Shown here: piece by piece, positions 12,648 to 25,887 of the stretch
How the letters are laid out: each line of letters starts with the position of its first letter
Position numbering within the stretch: the first letter of the stretch is position 1
DNA from: Paragordius varius
Taxonomy: Eukaryota; Animalia; Nematomorpha
Direction of reading: 5' to 3'
Assembly (NCBI GenBank): GCA_964247055.1
Contig: OZ176051.1
Location: 9,610,001-9,674,000 of the forward strand
Length of the DNA: 64,000 nt
Translations under genes and position numbers: made by a program
Notes under the pieces: model-generated
Seen by the model: only the letters and a program-made list of their open reading frames with translations
What the model was told of the DNA's origin: nothing
Database searches by the model: none

Positions 12648-13952
12648 TTGGGCTTATATAGACTTTCTATCATGATACCCATTATTGAAATATCAAGTTT
12701 TAAACATTTAGTTAAACAAAATTCAGCCGATCAATTTTGTATTTACTATATTCGTTTAATAATTATTTTATATATTTTAGCTTTATTAGTTAATAGCTTT
12801 ATTTTATATGTTTTGTTGATGAGAACCAAATCTCCGTATCGTCCATACTATTTCTTACAATCGCTCACAGTTGTTAACATAATAACTAGCCTGAACGCGT
12901 TTGTAATCATAACTCTATACTATGTGGTTTATGAAAAATTAGTGCATAATTGCCAACTTATAAAGTTTGTGGCCAAATTTGTTACCTCCATATACCTGAT
13001 AATGGCTATGCTTAGTTTTTATCTCATCATTTTGTTGTTTGCGGATCGGTTGTTTGGATTAATATATTTTACCAAGTTACGCTGGCTTAGAAGTCAAAAA
13101 TTTTACATCTACACCCCGTATATTTTATTTTTCATAATTGCCATTCCTCACATAATTGATTACCGTTTAAGTGATATATACATGGTGCATACGTTGAATT
13201 CAGATTTGGTTTACAATGTGTTAAATTGTGACAGTGATACCCTAAAAGACACAAAATTTAATTTTGCAGATGTTAGAATCGGACTGAATTCTACGAATAA
13301 ATCTAGGGTACATATCGGGAAACTTCACCCCAAACTACCTCATTGTCTACTATACCATAGTAAATCGAGATATAACGTTCAATATGTTCGTCGAATCATA
13401 ATAAGTTATTCAATTATAATTATAACATTGGCCATTACCCTGACCATTATGATATATGTAGTTGTTTATCATCTCCTGAAATATAAAAAACGGAGAGCAA
13501 CTATATTTTGCTCTAATAGTCCATATTTGTTAAATACTATTGCTGTTGCTGGCGTAGGAGATCCAAATATCTCATCAAAACCTGAATCCAATGAACAAAC
13601 CAAAAATTCTGTTAAATGCTGTAAAAAAGTAACCCTAAATAGTATTATGCTCAGTAAATCAAAACGACAAAAAAAACTTCCCCTTGTTTATCGAAAAGCG
13701 ATTCAAAAATTTCTTTTTCTCTACCTACTCATATTAGGACATTTCTTTATGTTAGCTCCTTCATATCTTGTATACATGTGTTTTATCAGTTATTATGTGT
13801 TGCAAAAAGAGCCACCCATAATACTTTTGTATGCTAAACCATTTTCACACATCATTAAAGTTATATCTTTATATTATACGGTTATTTATGTTTTATGTGA
13901 TCCAAATCTACGCAAAGCTTGTAAAACTACTTTTAAGCGCAGGAATCGATAA
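12648..13952 (+). CDS. Intronless orphan rhodopsin-like (class A) GPCR
   Basis: Seven hydrophobic segments; TM1 LLVNSFILYVL; Cys at the top of TM3; DRL in place of DRY; long Cys-containing ECL2; basic ICL3; TM7/helix 8 IYVLCDPNLRKACK. The ORF track start is TTG; the first ATG is near 12672. Confidence 0.85.
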   Translation: MGLYRLSIMIPIIEISSFKHLVKQNSADQFCIYYIRLIIILYILALLVNSFILYVLLMRTKSPYRPYYFLQSLTVVNIITSLNAFVIITLYYVVYEKLVHNCQLIKFVAKFVTSIYLIMAMLSFYLIILLFADRLFGLIYFTKLRWLRSQKFYIYTPYILFFIIAIPHIIDYRLSDIYMVHTLNSDLVYNVLNCDSDTLKDTKFNFADVRIGLNSTNKSRVHIGKLHPKLPHCLLYHSKSRYNVQYVRRIIISYSIIIITLAITLTIMIYVVVYHLLKYKKRRATIFCSNSPYLLNTIAVAGVGDPNISSKPESNEQTKNSVKCCKKVTLNSIMLSKSKRQKKLPLVYRKAIQKFLFLYLLILGHFFMLAPSYLVYMCFISYYVLQKEPPIILLYAKPFSHIIKVISLYYTVIYVLCDPNLRKACKTTFKRRNR

Positions 13953-16900
13953 TAAAGTTGGCCACCCTGGCGGCTTTTTATTAATAGAGTTATAAATATA
14001 TATTTTAATTATTTATAAAGTCCCCATTCTAGCTAACTGTATGAAAAATTGTCACAAATAAAAATTAACTATAAAATAAAAACGAATTATCTATGTGAAT
14101 ATATATAAATTTGGATTACAATTCAACTTGCCTCCCAATTCGATAAAAAATATTTATAATATATTGATAGGATTTATTTTAATTTAAAAATGTAATTAAT
14201 ACTTATTTCCGTATATTACACCAATAAGCGAAAATAGTAAAATAGTAGCTATATGCAAAATCTGAAATTAGATGTTTTTATTTAAAAATAATAACATGCA
14301 AATAAAAATGATATTTTTTCTTTTTTTGTTAGTTTATGTTTACAGTTGAGTCGCTTTAGTTATGAATGATTAGTAACTGTGGCCGCTATAACCAATCTAA
14401 TAATTCAAACTTATGTTATATGAAAACAGAAATTTATGGTTAAACTAACTAACTGTAAAAATGATTAAATTAAACATTTTTATTTGCCATTAAATTTTTA
14501 TTTATTTTCCATATTAACACTTCATTACCTTTTAATTTTTTTGTGGACGATCACATCTTGAGTTTTGTACCCAAAAGCTTAAAATTGTATACAAACTGTT
14601 GTTTAAAATTCATTACGATATAAACAAACCCTGTTCTCCTATATTAAATGGAAATATTTATAATTTTAAACTTCTAGAGTTTAAATTAAGATACCTTCAA
14701 AATACGATTAAAACAAACAGCTGATTTTTGTAAATATCCAAATTTGGTAGTAAATGTAAATTTAAAGCTTTTTAAAGTTAACTACTAACATTTTTTAGCA
14801 ACAATAAACTTTTCCCCAATTGTATGACTGGAAAAAATTTGAGATTAGGATTGTTTTTACAATTTTTTATTCAATCGTGCACCTAAAAGGCTGAAGAAAG
14901 CATATTTTTGAATTTGGCTCAATACTCTAATTACTTTTAAAAAAGTTGAATTCAAATAGCACTACCCCAAAAGTGAGTAAAGTATTAAAAGCTATTTTGG
15001 TGTTTGTTATATATTTAATAACCTATATTCGAATTCTGGTATCAATTTATAAAAGAATGCATTCATACGCGGTTCGATATTTTTTTGAATGGTGAAATGC
15101 CAAAGCTAATCATTGATCATGATTAGGCCTATCATCTATTTTTTGGTTTTATCCAAATTTATTTGTGATTTGCAATGAGAGGTTGAATAAGGAGTCAAAA
15201 TTCTGGGACAAAAGGTTTTTAGATTAGGTTGGTTAATAATATGGTGCTTTCAATTTTGGAGCTGATCATCTTTAGACTAACCATCCCATGGGTTTAAATT
15301 TGTAAATGAAAACTACATTAACATGTCAAGTTATTGTTCTTATAGGTATTTAGCCTTAGGAGGCATTTATTCAAATAGATATAATATTTGTGTTTAATAT
15401 AGTATGAATCCTGATTAATCCAGATAAAATTCCATTATCATATTGGCATATATTGACATTTCGTATGCAAATAATAGGGTTCCTAAAATATCCAAGAAAG
15501 AAATATATTAATGTTATTTCATTGTTCTATTGGTTTTAGGCCTTGCGAGTATTTAATTATTAATTACTTGGGATGATAGTTTCCCATCCGAAACAAATTG
15601 AAAAATCTTAATTTAGCCAAATTTAAAACTATGCCTCCTGACCTTTTTTTGTATTTAATATAACTCAAAAAATGAAAAATTCATTGAAATGACCTTCAAA
15701 CATTTTCCTTTTTATATTTTACAGTCGTTATAATCGTCAACCCATAAAGTACATCATGAATCAAGTTTAAAAAACGAACTGCGAAACGCCTTGTTCACAT
15801 TTGACAGTAAATTTCGATAATTTTTAATTTCAAAATATCTTGTTTACTTTTAAATTAATAATAGCTAAATTTTAAACTGTGGAGTTACAAATAATAAGTA
15901 AACACTTTATTCAATAGAATATAAGCCTTCATGATAATATTTTACAAATGTAAAACTTTAGGATAAATCCAAACTATATGCTTAATATAGCTCAAAAATA
16001 TTAAGAAATATATTTCCATTTATGGTAATTTTGAAAATTGCCAAAATAATGCCCATCATGCTAAATAAAACTATTAGGGGAAAGCATTCTTTATTTCAAA
16101 GAGTAATATTTCAAAAAATATATTATCTTTAAAACATATTATTATAGTTCAAATGTAATATATTTTTTTAACCCAATTACATATTTTTTTCAACCAAACT
16201 GATCAATTTTTAAACCAAGCAACTCGAATTTTATTTAGATTAACTAAAACAAGCATTTATATAGATAAAATTTGAAATCACGATGGAGTGGTTTATTGAA
16301 ATTTATTTTTTTGCATAAATATTATAATAAAGATTGAAGATTTAAAATAAATATTTAAGGGTTAATTTTCAGTAGTGTTGTGATGAAAATGTTGAAAAAC
16401 ATATTGAGTTGAAAAAATTTTAAATTTGGTAGAATTGATAAGAAAAGGGTATATTTTTAGAAAAAAAAGAGCTGAGATTGCGACACGATCTTTAGTATAA
16501 TTATTCTTAAAGCATATTTTTCCGTATAATTTAAATATGGACAAAAATTTGTTGAAAAGTATTTTATGTATTTTGAAGCTTGATGGACGCAGCGAATAGT
16601 TACTCTAAGGTATTATAAAACAAGATTATTCTACATATTTTGCAGATGCATATTTCTATCAATTCAAATTTTAAAAATCGTTTGTCTTTTAAAGATTTAA
16701 TTTTTTCGATATTCAGCCAAATTTTAAATGCTTCTTCCATACAATTCGACCAGAAAAAAAATCTATCGACACCGTTTTTTAGGATAGGGAATTTTTTACC
16801 CGATTATATATTTTTGGGGCCATTTTGGTTTCAAATACCGGCATTCGGGAATAAAAATTTCCCATATAAAAAAACTGAGCCCATACATTTTTTTCTGCAT

Positions 16901-17743
16901 GGAATTGTATGAAAAGGCAATAATGTATATATATATATATATTGGATGTTTGGTATAATGCTGTATTTAAACACATAAAATTTAGATGATACATTTTTAT
17001 CTATTATATTTAACCTATTGTCGGATAAAAATGCGATTTTTTAATAAAAGAAAAATTAACTTTTTTTCTAGTATTTTAGCCCCATATATCATTTCGAAAT
17101 TCATTATCCTGAAACTTTTAGCTATCGTATAATACATGATTCATTAACCTTTATTTTCGGTCTTAAAATTTGTCGCTGCAGAAATATTTCGGTGGGGGCC
17201 ACATGTTAGACACCGTTGATTTAATCGATAAAAGAAGTTAAAATAATATATATTAATAATATTAAATTTTTGAACAGTCTTCATATAACTTAAATCAAAT
17301 AAAGATAAATAAATGGCCATATATTTTTCAAATGCGGCCCGCGAAACTATTTGTGTTGGGCACCTCTGGATTAAATCGTTTCACATTCACAACACAACTA
17401 CTATTTTGTCACTATTATTATCCATAAATATGATTGTTAATAAATTTTGTTTAATTTTATGATTACTTTTATAGTAGCTTTAATGCTTAAATATATGTAT
17501 TGGCAAAAATGCGTAGTATTTACTTTATTTTTTGAAGTAGCGTCCATCCTGAAAGACGTCTGAACAACGGTTAAGGACTTGGTTTCTCTTCCGCAAGCCA
17601 ACAATATTCGCTGTAGCAAGTTTACTTAATTTCATAGCGCTTTTTGCATTGACCCTGTGCCAAATAATTCAACTTTTAGGCAGGAAAAAAATTATTCGAG
17701 GAAAAATTAACAATAACTATGTCCTAATCATATTTGTAAGTCT

Positions 17744-17797
<54 letters not shown>

Positions 17798-20277
17798 CTT
17801 TAAAAAAGTGCGAAAACTATATGTTTTTGAACGTGTCATATATGGATATTTAAATATTGGATTCCGCCCATTTAGAGGTGTCAATACATAAAATAACAAC
17901 ATAAAATTTCTTTTAAGGTCTGTAACCGCTTAAAAAATAACCATATATATGTTTTTTCTGTTATAAAAAATAAAAATAAAATTTTATAAATGGAGAAAGA
18001 TTAACCCTCAAAATTTAATTAATTAATAATGTTATAAGCTTATTTTATCAATATTTCTTTTGTTTTTAGCTCATTCATTGAAAAAGATATTATATAAAAT
18101 TTTTTGGATATAGTTTAAATTTTACTCGAATTCAAAATATTTATAAGAAGGTATTTAGAATTATTTGGATACCGTTTTTTCAAGCCCCATCAAATTGAAA
18201 AAAACTTGCGCCTCCCTTCCCCCTCCCAAAAAGGACAAAGATTATGAAATTTATTATAATATTATATAAATCATAATCAAGGAGATTCTGTACCTGCAAT
18301 TCTTAAAATATTTTTTCTATATCAATATAAATCTTGATTTGCATCTAAAATACGCAGTAATCTTTAATTTGTTTTTAGTATTATTTTTTAATCGATTTCT
18401 CCAAATTTTTAGCGCGCCCCTTAGATTTTTCTACGCCTTCCTTTTGGGAACCGTTGGTTTAGATTTTGATTTTACTACAATATTTTCTAATTCTAAATTT
18501 GAATATGGGTGACTGCATTCTTAAGCCGTCACAGGGGTTATTTTTTAGCCATCAAACAGTACAGATATGAGTTTATTTGATATTGCAACTCCGTTAACGC
18601 CTTTCCAATAACTATACTCTAAAAAACCATAATTTTTTAATATGTCCATATATAAAAAAATTTCCATTTTTGCTATACCTTATGCCTATTATCACAACTA
18701 TTCTTATCGCACATTATTTGCCACAGAATTTGTTAGGATGGGTAAATCACTATATAAATATTAAAGATCTTGATTTGCATATATTTCTGTGAGAACCCAA
18801 TTTTGTCACCAATGTAATCTTTATACTTATCAAAATAGCATAATTGGCTTTAGAAAAATCGTTTTTTAGTATATTGGATCATATGCAACACATTCAAAGT
18901 TGCCTTAATCTAAGCCCCATTAATGGTAGCAGGTAAAACGTCATAGGCTCCCAAAAATTTTTCAAAAACCTAATGTGTCCCAATATAAGCTTTTGAATTT
19001 GATAATGACCATTATTTTGGTTGCGTTGAATGTGAAAGAATAATTTTTAAATAACTCCTAAATTAAGGTTTATCTATAACGGCCAAATCGAGAAAATATG
19101 ATGCGAAATAAAAGTCTGCCAATTTTAATATCGTGTTTTATTTCCCTATATGCCAATTATATCGAGTGCCATTTTTTCCGATTGCCCCATGATTACCACA
19201 TACAAAAGGCTTAGTTAAAACTAAAAAACAAGTTTGAGAAAATATTTAAGTTTAAAATCCTGATTAAATAAATATAAACCTTAACTTTATTGACATAATT
19301 TTAATGTGATGGCTAAACATTAAATTTCCATCATGTTTTAACTTTTATTTGTTCTAAAAAGGTAAAAAAACTACGTATAAATATCGAAAAAATCATTTTT
19401 TTAAGATTAGAATTACAATCCTAAAATGATGTTGAGGTGTAATAATATTGATTTTAGATTATCTTATTATATGCCAAAATCTTTTATAATTCCTTGTTAC
19501 TAATTTATAATCTACATGTAATGCAGGAAAATTAGGAATTATAAGTAAACTTGTTTTTGACAAGGTTATGAATTTAATGATTAAAGGTGGTGGTTTCCAA
19601 TATTTCTTTATTATAAATAAATAGACATGCCCAAAATTAATATATAATTTTAAAGGAAAAATATACTTCCAAATAAAAATTCTTTATATAATTCTAAAAT
19701 TGATATAAGATTTGTTTTATACTTATATAGTGGTGTAATACAAATTCGTGTTATGGTAAAAATAAGGGATTGAAACCGGAACCGCTTTGTGTTTTTTAAA
19801 GATTTTTCAATCAAATGGTTCTAATTTTCGTTTCACAATTCATATTTGAAGATGGTCTTTTTCGTGTGATAATCATTTAAAACTATAAAGCTATAATTTT
19901 GTTATTAAATAAAAATATTAGGTTACTTTTGATCCAAAAATTTTTACCAAAAAAATAATTTTAAAAATGACTATTTCGCGATAAATTGCGGGTCAAATAA
20001 GCCCTTTTCCGTTTTTTTCTTTTGGCTCAAAACAATCCAGAAAAGGGTAATGGTTCCAGTTCCGATCCTGGTAAAAACCATTCTTAAACTTTTCCAAAGC
20101 ATTCCTTATACTGTATGTATTTTGTAAATTAAATATAGATTCTGCATATTTTGTCTCTATATTGGGGCATTCTAGCCTACGTATATTTGGTACACATTGA
20201 TCCATATCCTTACAAAAACATTCTTCAACCATTATCAGTTTTTGATATATTTGGCAACGTGGGCCTTATAACTTTAC

Positions 20278-21093
20278 GTGCAGGCATGGAAATTTTTATA
20301 TTCCATTATAATAATACTGATAATATCCATCAACCATAAAATTAGAGTGATATACGATAATAATATGATGAATGGTTTTATAACTGATTATTTGGCAATA
20401 TGGAATGATTTTACATTCAAGGAATCACCACTGAAAATTAATCTTCCTATTTTACAAACACTACAGTTAAATACTCAAATGTGTTTATTCGGTTTTGCAA
20501 CATACAAAATTATACGATATATTTATACGTTGCTTGTATCTTATCAACCAGCACAAAATATGGAGAGAAAAGATTCAAATTTTGAAAGTATTAGCAAAAA
20601 TATCACGAAAAGTAAATTAAGCGTGGCTTTGGATTATACAAAATTTCGCGTATTTTTTAAAACATCGACAAACATTACCCGACAACAAATCTTACAAATT
20701 TTCTACATGTTTGATATTGATGGAAGTGGTTGCATTTATTTTGACGCATTCTACTTTATAATCTCACTGCTGACAGCCGTCAAAGATAATATGGAAAAAG
20801 AGTTTTTGCACAAACATTGTCCGCAAATTTTTGCACTCATCGATCAAGATATGAATGGATTAATGGGTGAAAGCGAATTTATAAATTTTGCAAAAGTTTT
20901 TAAGGTTCGCACGCAAGTTATATGGGAAATTTTAGGCCAATATGATGTTTTGACTAAAATCAATCATGATACAACGGTAACAGATAACAAAAATATTGTT
21001 GAAAAATTTAAAAGTTATGGAAGTAAAAGGGATGATATCGAATTAGATTTGACTGAATTGCAAATATTAACACTTGGTGCTTTGGGCCGTTAG
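20278..21093 (+). CDS. EFCAB9: EFCAB9-like EF-hand calcium-binding protein (single exon; start may be the ATG at 20365)
   Basis: YTKFRVFFKTSTNITRQQILQIFYMFDIDGSGCIYFDAFYFIISLLTAVKDNMEKEFLHKHCPQIFALIDQD parallels EFCAB9 ([24 protein letters not shown]...[35 protein letters not shown]); ends IELDLTELQILTL. Confidence 0.75.
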   Translation: MQAWKFLYSIIIILIISINHKIRVIYDNNMMNGFITDYLAIWNDFTFKESPLKINLPILQTLQLNTQMCLFGFATYKIIRYIYTLLVSYQPAQNMERKDSNFESISKNITKSKLSVALDYTKFRVFFKTSTNITRQQILQIFYMFDIDGSGCIYFDAFYFIISLLTAVKDNMEKEFLHKHCPQIFALIDQDMNGLMGESEFINFAKVFKVRTQVIWEILGQYDVLTKINHDTTVTDNKNIVEKFKSYGSKRDDIELDLTELQILTLGALGR

Positions 21094-21247
21094 AAAAATG
21101 ATGTAAATCACTTTATAATTTATTTATACACTTGCGTAAGTGTAATACATGGTAATATATATATTTAAGATTAAACATACCCCCATTCAATGGTCATAAC
21201 ATGTTAATATAATAAAGTTTTATTTTTAATATGCAAGCCGGTATTTT

Positions 21248-24200
21248 TTAAACAAACTCTTGCATATAGACAACTGTGGTTTGAGTCAATCCCACATCAG
21301 CGAACGTTAAATCTTTCTTATATTTTCCCTTTAAGGATGAATCGCAATCAGATTTTTCATATTGAGTGTCCTCTTTATTGCCATCAGCCATGTCATATTC
21401 ATCTTCAAAAAGTTTGTGATATATAACATCACAAGTGTGCTCATCTACCAATAATAATTGTTCCATATTATTAGGTTTAAGGCTATGTTTACTATCCACC
21501 TTTACACCATATACAAATTTGAATGTTTCGCACTCGCCGTATTCTGAGATCAAATTATTGTATGTTTGCGTGACTAGACGACGTTTTAGATCCATAGCTA
21601 ATTGACATGGTATAATTTGTCTGGGGTAATGCATAACCAGTGTGAAAGGCTTAGTTATGTTAGCATCAGGATGTGTAAAAGCCCAATTGTATAAAAGCTA
21701 TAATGCGTATTAAAACATTGATTACTGATTTTAAAACAGTAAACTAAAAAAATTATTTTTTTATAGTGGATTAATAAAAAACAATGTATCTCAAATATTA
21801 AAATCCGATTTGTTTTATAAATTATATTTATATATGAATATATAGTGTGCCAGTTTTGAGGTTCAGTCAAATTTTTGTCTTAGAGCTTTATCTGTAAAAA
21901 TCGCGGGGCTTAAACGCCATATTAAAGAAAAATACAAGAAAAGCGAAATAGAGACAGTTATAACTGTATTTGGTTATGAATTTTAAAATATGGATGAAAA
22001 GGCACAAAATTTTTATAATATATTTGAAATAAAATTTGGTATGTAAAAGTTACCCGATGTAACAATATATTTTAACTTGAAATATTTATTGGAACTACAT
22101 TGGGTACGCTACTTTTACTAATATCTAATTTACATTAGTCAATATACCTCATAGTTCTTAGGGGCTTTAAGTTTTTACAATTATTTACAATTTTTATGTA
22201 ATGCTGAATTCCATGATATATGGTATTTAAAATTGTTATCACTAAAAACTTAAAAAAGCCAAAATTTGACACTATAAATATATATATTAAAAATGCCAAA
22301 ATTTATAAAAATTTTATTTTTGTAACAAACATGTATTACCTGGAGTGGAGCATCGGTGGGAAAATAATTTTCAATCCGTTTCCCATTAGGCAATTTAATG
22401 ATAATTTTAACATGACCCGATGTTTGTATTGCAGATGAATTCCCGTCTATTTGGGGTTTTTTGTCTTTCGAAGCATTGAACGGATCCTCTACTTCCGCAC
22501 TATCAATCCAGGTCTCAGTGACTGGGATTTGTTTAATTAACTCTTGTTTGATTAAATTTAATTCCTGTGATGTGCGCATAAAATTTATATCTCCTATTTT
22601 TTATATAAGTATATGATGTTAACATAAATTAAAAGTTGGAATATTTAAGACATTTAAATTGCGTTAAAAAATCTATAATAAGATGGTATTAAAACCAGAA
22701 TTATTTTTGCTTATGGTTCGAAAAAATATTTTTACGTATAAAATTGGTTGAATTCCATTAATGCCAAAAAATTGATTTCAAATTTGATCCCAATTTTCTG
22801 AATACACAGATTCTTAAATTATCATCCACAAAATTTTTGTGAGTGCTACTTTTTCGCTGTAAAATTTGCCACAAATTTACAATGTATTACATAAAAAATA
22901 AATTATATTTTATCGAATTAATAATTTATTTTTAATATTTTTGGAACGCTAATTATTTCTGCAACGAAAATACCTTTTGAACCATTTCTTGTTTGGCTGG
23001 GAGGAATGATTTTTCAAGTTTTTGTTTTTGCGCCTGGTGTCTTTCAGCGCGTTTCGCGACACTTTTTTTCTTGTCTTCTTCCAAGGCTTGTTGCAAAGCT
23101 TCATCTTGTTGACGTCGTAACGTTAAGGTTTGTTCTCGTTTTCGTCTTTTTTAAATCAAGAAATATAAATGAGATTTAAAAAAAATAATTTCTAGTTTTA
23201 AATAAAAGTAAGTGATTTACTGATTAGTTCGGAACATTAATGTCTAATATTGTTATTATTTAATCAGGGGTGAAATGGGTAAAAAAGCAAAATGATATAA
23301 AGTTATAAATGCTGACAATTGAGATCATTTGTTTCTGCCATAATTAAAAGACAGCCTATTTTAAAGCTAAAAAATGGAATTACTTTTCTTCATGAGCCGC
23401 TATCATCCCCTGATTTTGATTGTTTAAAATGTTAATAAGCTTCTCCAACAATAACTCTGGATTCATGCTAATATTAATATAGAAGATTTTAATCATGTTT
23501 ATTATATCTAAATACATAATGGCCAATCTAAACGCACACAATATTTAAATTTTTTTATTTAAAAAAAACCAACCAAAGCGTGTTAATTTAACAATCTTAG
23601 AAGCTAATCCTTACCTCTCATTATTCGTGCTGCTATCATTATTGTTGGCGTTTCGAAAGGCCATATCAAAATTTTCCTCTCGATACAAAAGAGACATCCT
23701 AAGATTCGCAGGATTATTATCAAGCGGCAAAAATGAATTATCATTCCTCTGAAGTGCATGGTGTGAAAAATAATTTGTAATGAAAGATTGCAAATCTTCA
23801 TTCAGTGGCTGTTGTCCATCTTCATCGAACAAGAGATGGTTGTTTGGGTTATTTGTGCCTGAATGAGGCCATGTAAGACCCAAGACGGCAAAACACGGTT
23901 TGAATGTGTTGTCCAAAGAGTTATTATTACCAGCATTAATGTTGTTTATGCGGTTATTAATGTTATTATAGTTTGAGGTATAGGGGTTATACCGCCTAAA
24001 ACTGGCAAAAGATCCATTTCGACTACCACTGAGACCTGAAATATATACAGTATGAGTAATTATAATACCAAGTTATTATTAGTTATCGGCAGATAGTATG
24101 TTCAGCAAAAAGATATATAAACTTATTTTCGCTTTTCCTTGCTAGTCACCAAATATAATGTTCTTTGCTGCACATGCTAACTGGTAATTATTAAATTAAA

Positions 24201-25845
24201 AACTGGCAAGGTATAGTTCCTCACACTGTATGATAAATTAGGCAAAAAAAGCAAATTTCGTAAGAGTTTTAATTTTTTCAACCTACCTTGACCTAATGCA
24301 TTTCGAGCAACCTTTTGTCCTTCGGAAGATTTCAGATCACAAGCCCACATCAACCAATCCCCACCACTGTGGTTAGATTGGTTAGGTATTGGATCAAAAT
24401 TTTCGTTTAAGATTGAGGTTTGTAAAAAATTCGAGAATTCACTCGAACAAAGTATGTTACGGCAAAACGCATCACAGGATTGCGAATCAAAGTCATGAAG
24501 GTAAACGATAAGGTATTTGATGGATGTTTTAGCGTCTCTTAAAGCCTTGAATATAAAATATAGTTTATATTATATTTTTTATTTTCCTAAAAAATAAAAT
24601 TTTTTAAAACCTTAAAAGAATTAATAATCCCAGCATTAACAATGCTGATAAAAATGTGCGAATACTCAAATACATGGTAATATAATCATATGCCTTACAT
24701 TACCAAACCGACAGCGTGTTTAATACATTACTCAAATATACGGTCAATATTTTTTCTATAAACATTCATCCAGAACCTTGTATAAATCAATACCATTTTT
24801 TAATAGCCTTTTTCGGTTAAGGTTGCAAAAGGGATGATAGTATAATTAGATTGAAAAAGAAACGGTAAAAATTACCATGTGTAAGTCAAATTAGATAAAA
24901 ACAAAACAATTAGTATTATTAAATAAAACACATTAGTGGCTATATGTTCCATAAATCAAAATTTGATATTTTAAGTTTAAAAATCATTTTCGGGATTACT
25001 TTTTTGTCATAGTATATAAAAAAAACATGCATACAAATGATTTTAACTTATAAGCTTGATGCATATGTGCTAATCTCAAATTTAAATTTTGAGGGTGTCT
25101 TGGGATCAAAAAATAACTTATTACCTCAAAATCGCTCAATTATACCAAAGCAGACGAGTGTGAAAAACTTTTATGCGCCTCTATTTAATTTTCTTGGCCT
25201 CTATTATGAAATAAAAAATATCTCTAAACCTTGTTTTTTTTAAAAAAATTTAAAAATCTTTTGGGCAGAAATTAAACCGATGAACAAATGATACAAGTAT
25301 TTTTCATTTATATTAATAGACATTTTGCTTTAAAAGAATCTTTTTTTTAATAAATAACGAAATTAGAACAATTGGTTGGACCGTTATTTTCAATAAAAAA
25401 TGTTATTTTTTAGATTCTATTTAATCCTGTTATTCCCTGTATATAATCTTTACCAATTTAATAACCATACAAATTCATATTTTAACATTTTACACATGTT
25501 TGTTTAGATATACCATTTGCACTTCAAGAATGTCGTTAAACACTTCAAAATGGTCCATTTTTATTTGTAATCGCAATTTTTGCATGTAATTATTTATTTT
25601 TTTAAATATTATCCTTTTATCTTGATTTATTAGTATCTTTTCATTAATTAAAATTTTGCATATAAAAACTGATTTGTTTTGTTTAGAGCTAATTTTTTCC
25701 TATACTTTATTTGTCAACGAAAAATTGCAATTAATAACCCAGAAAACTTAAATATATTTAATTCCACGTAATTTTTTAAAAATATTTTCAAAATATACAG
25801 AAATATACGGTTATTATATGGAAAATATTTGTATCTAAGTCAGGT

Positions 25846-25887
<42 letters not shown>

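Noticed and set aside
17649-17891. ORFs containing YIYIYI runs (also 25845-26042 and 51748-51948)
   Set aside because: Translation artefacts of (TA)n microsatellites.
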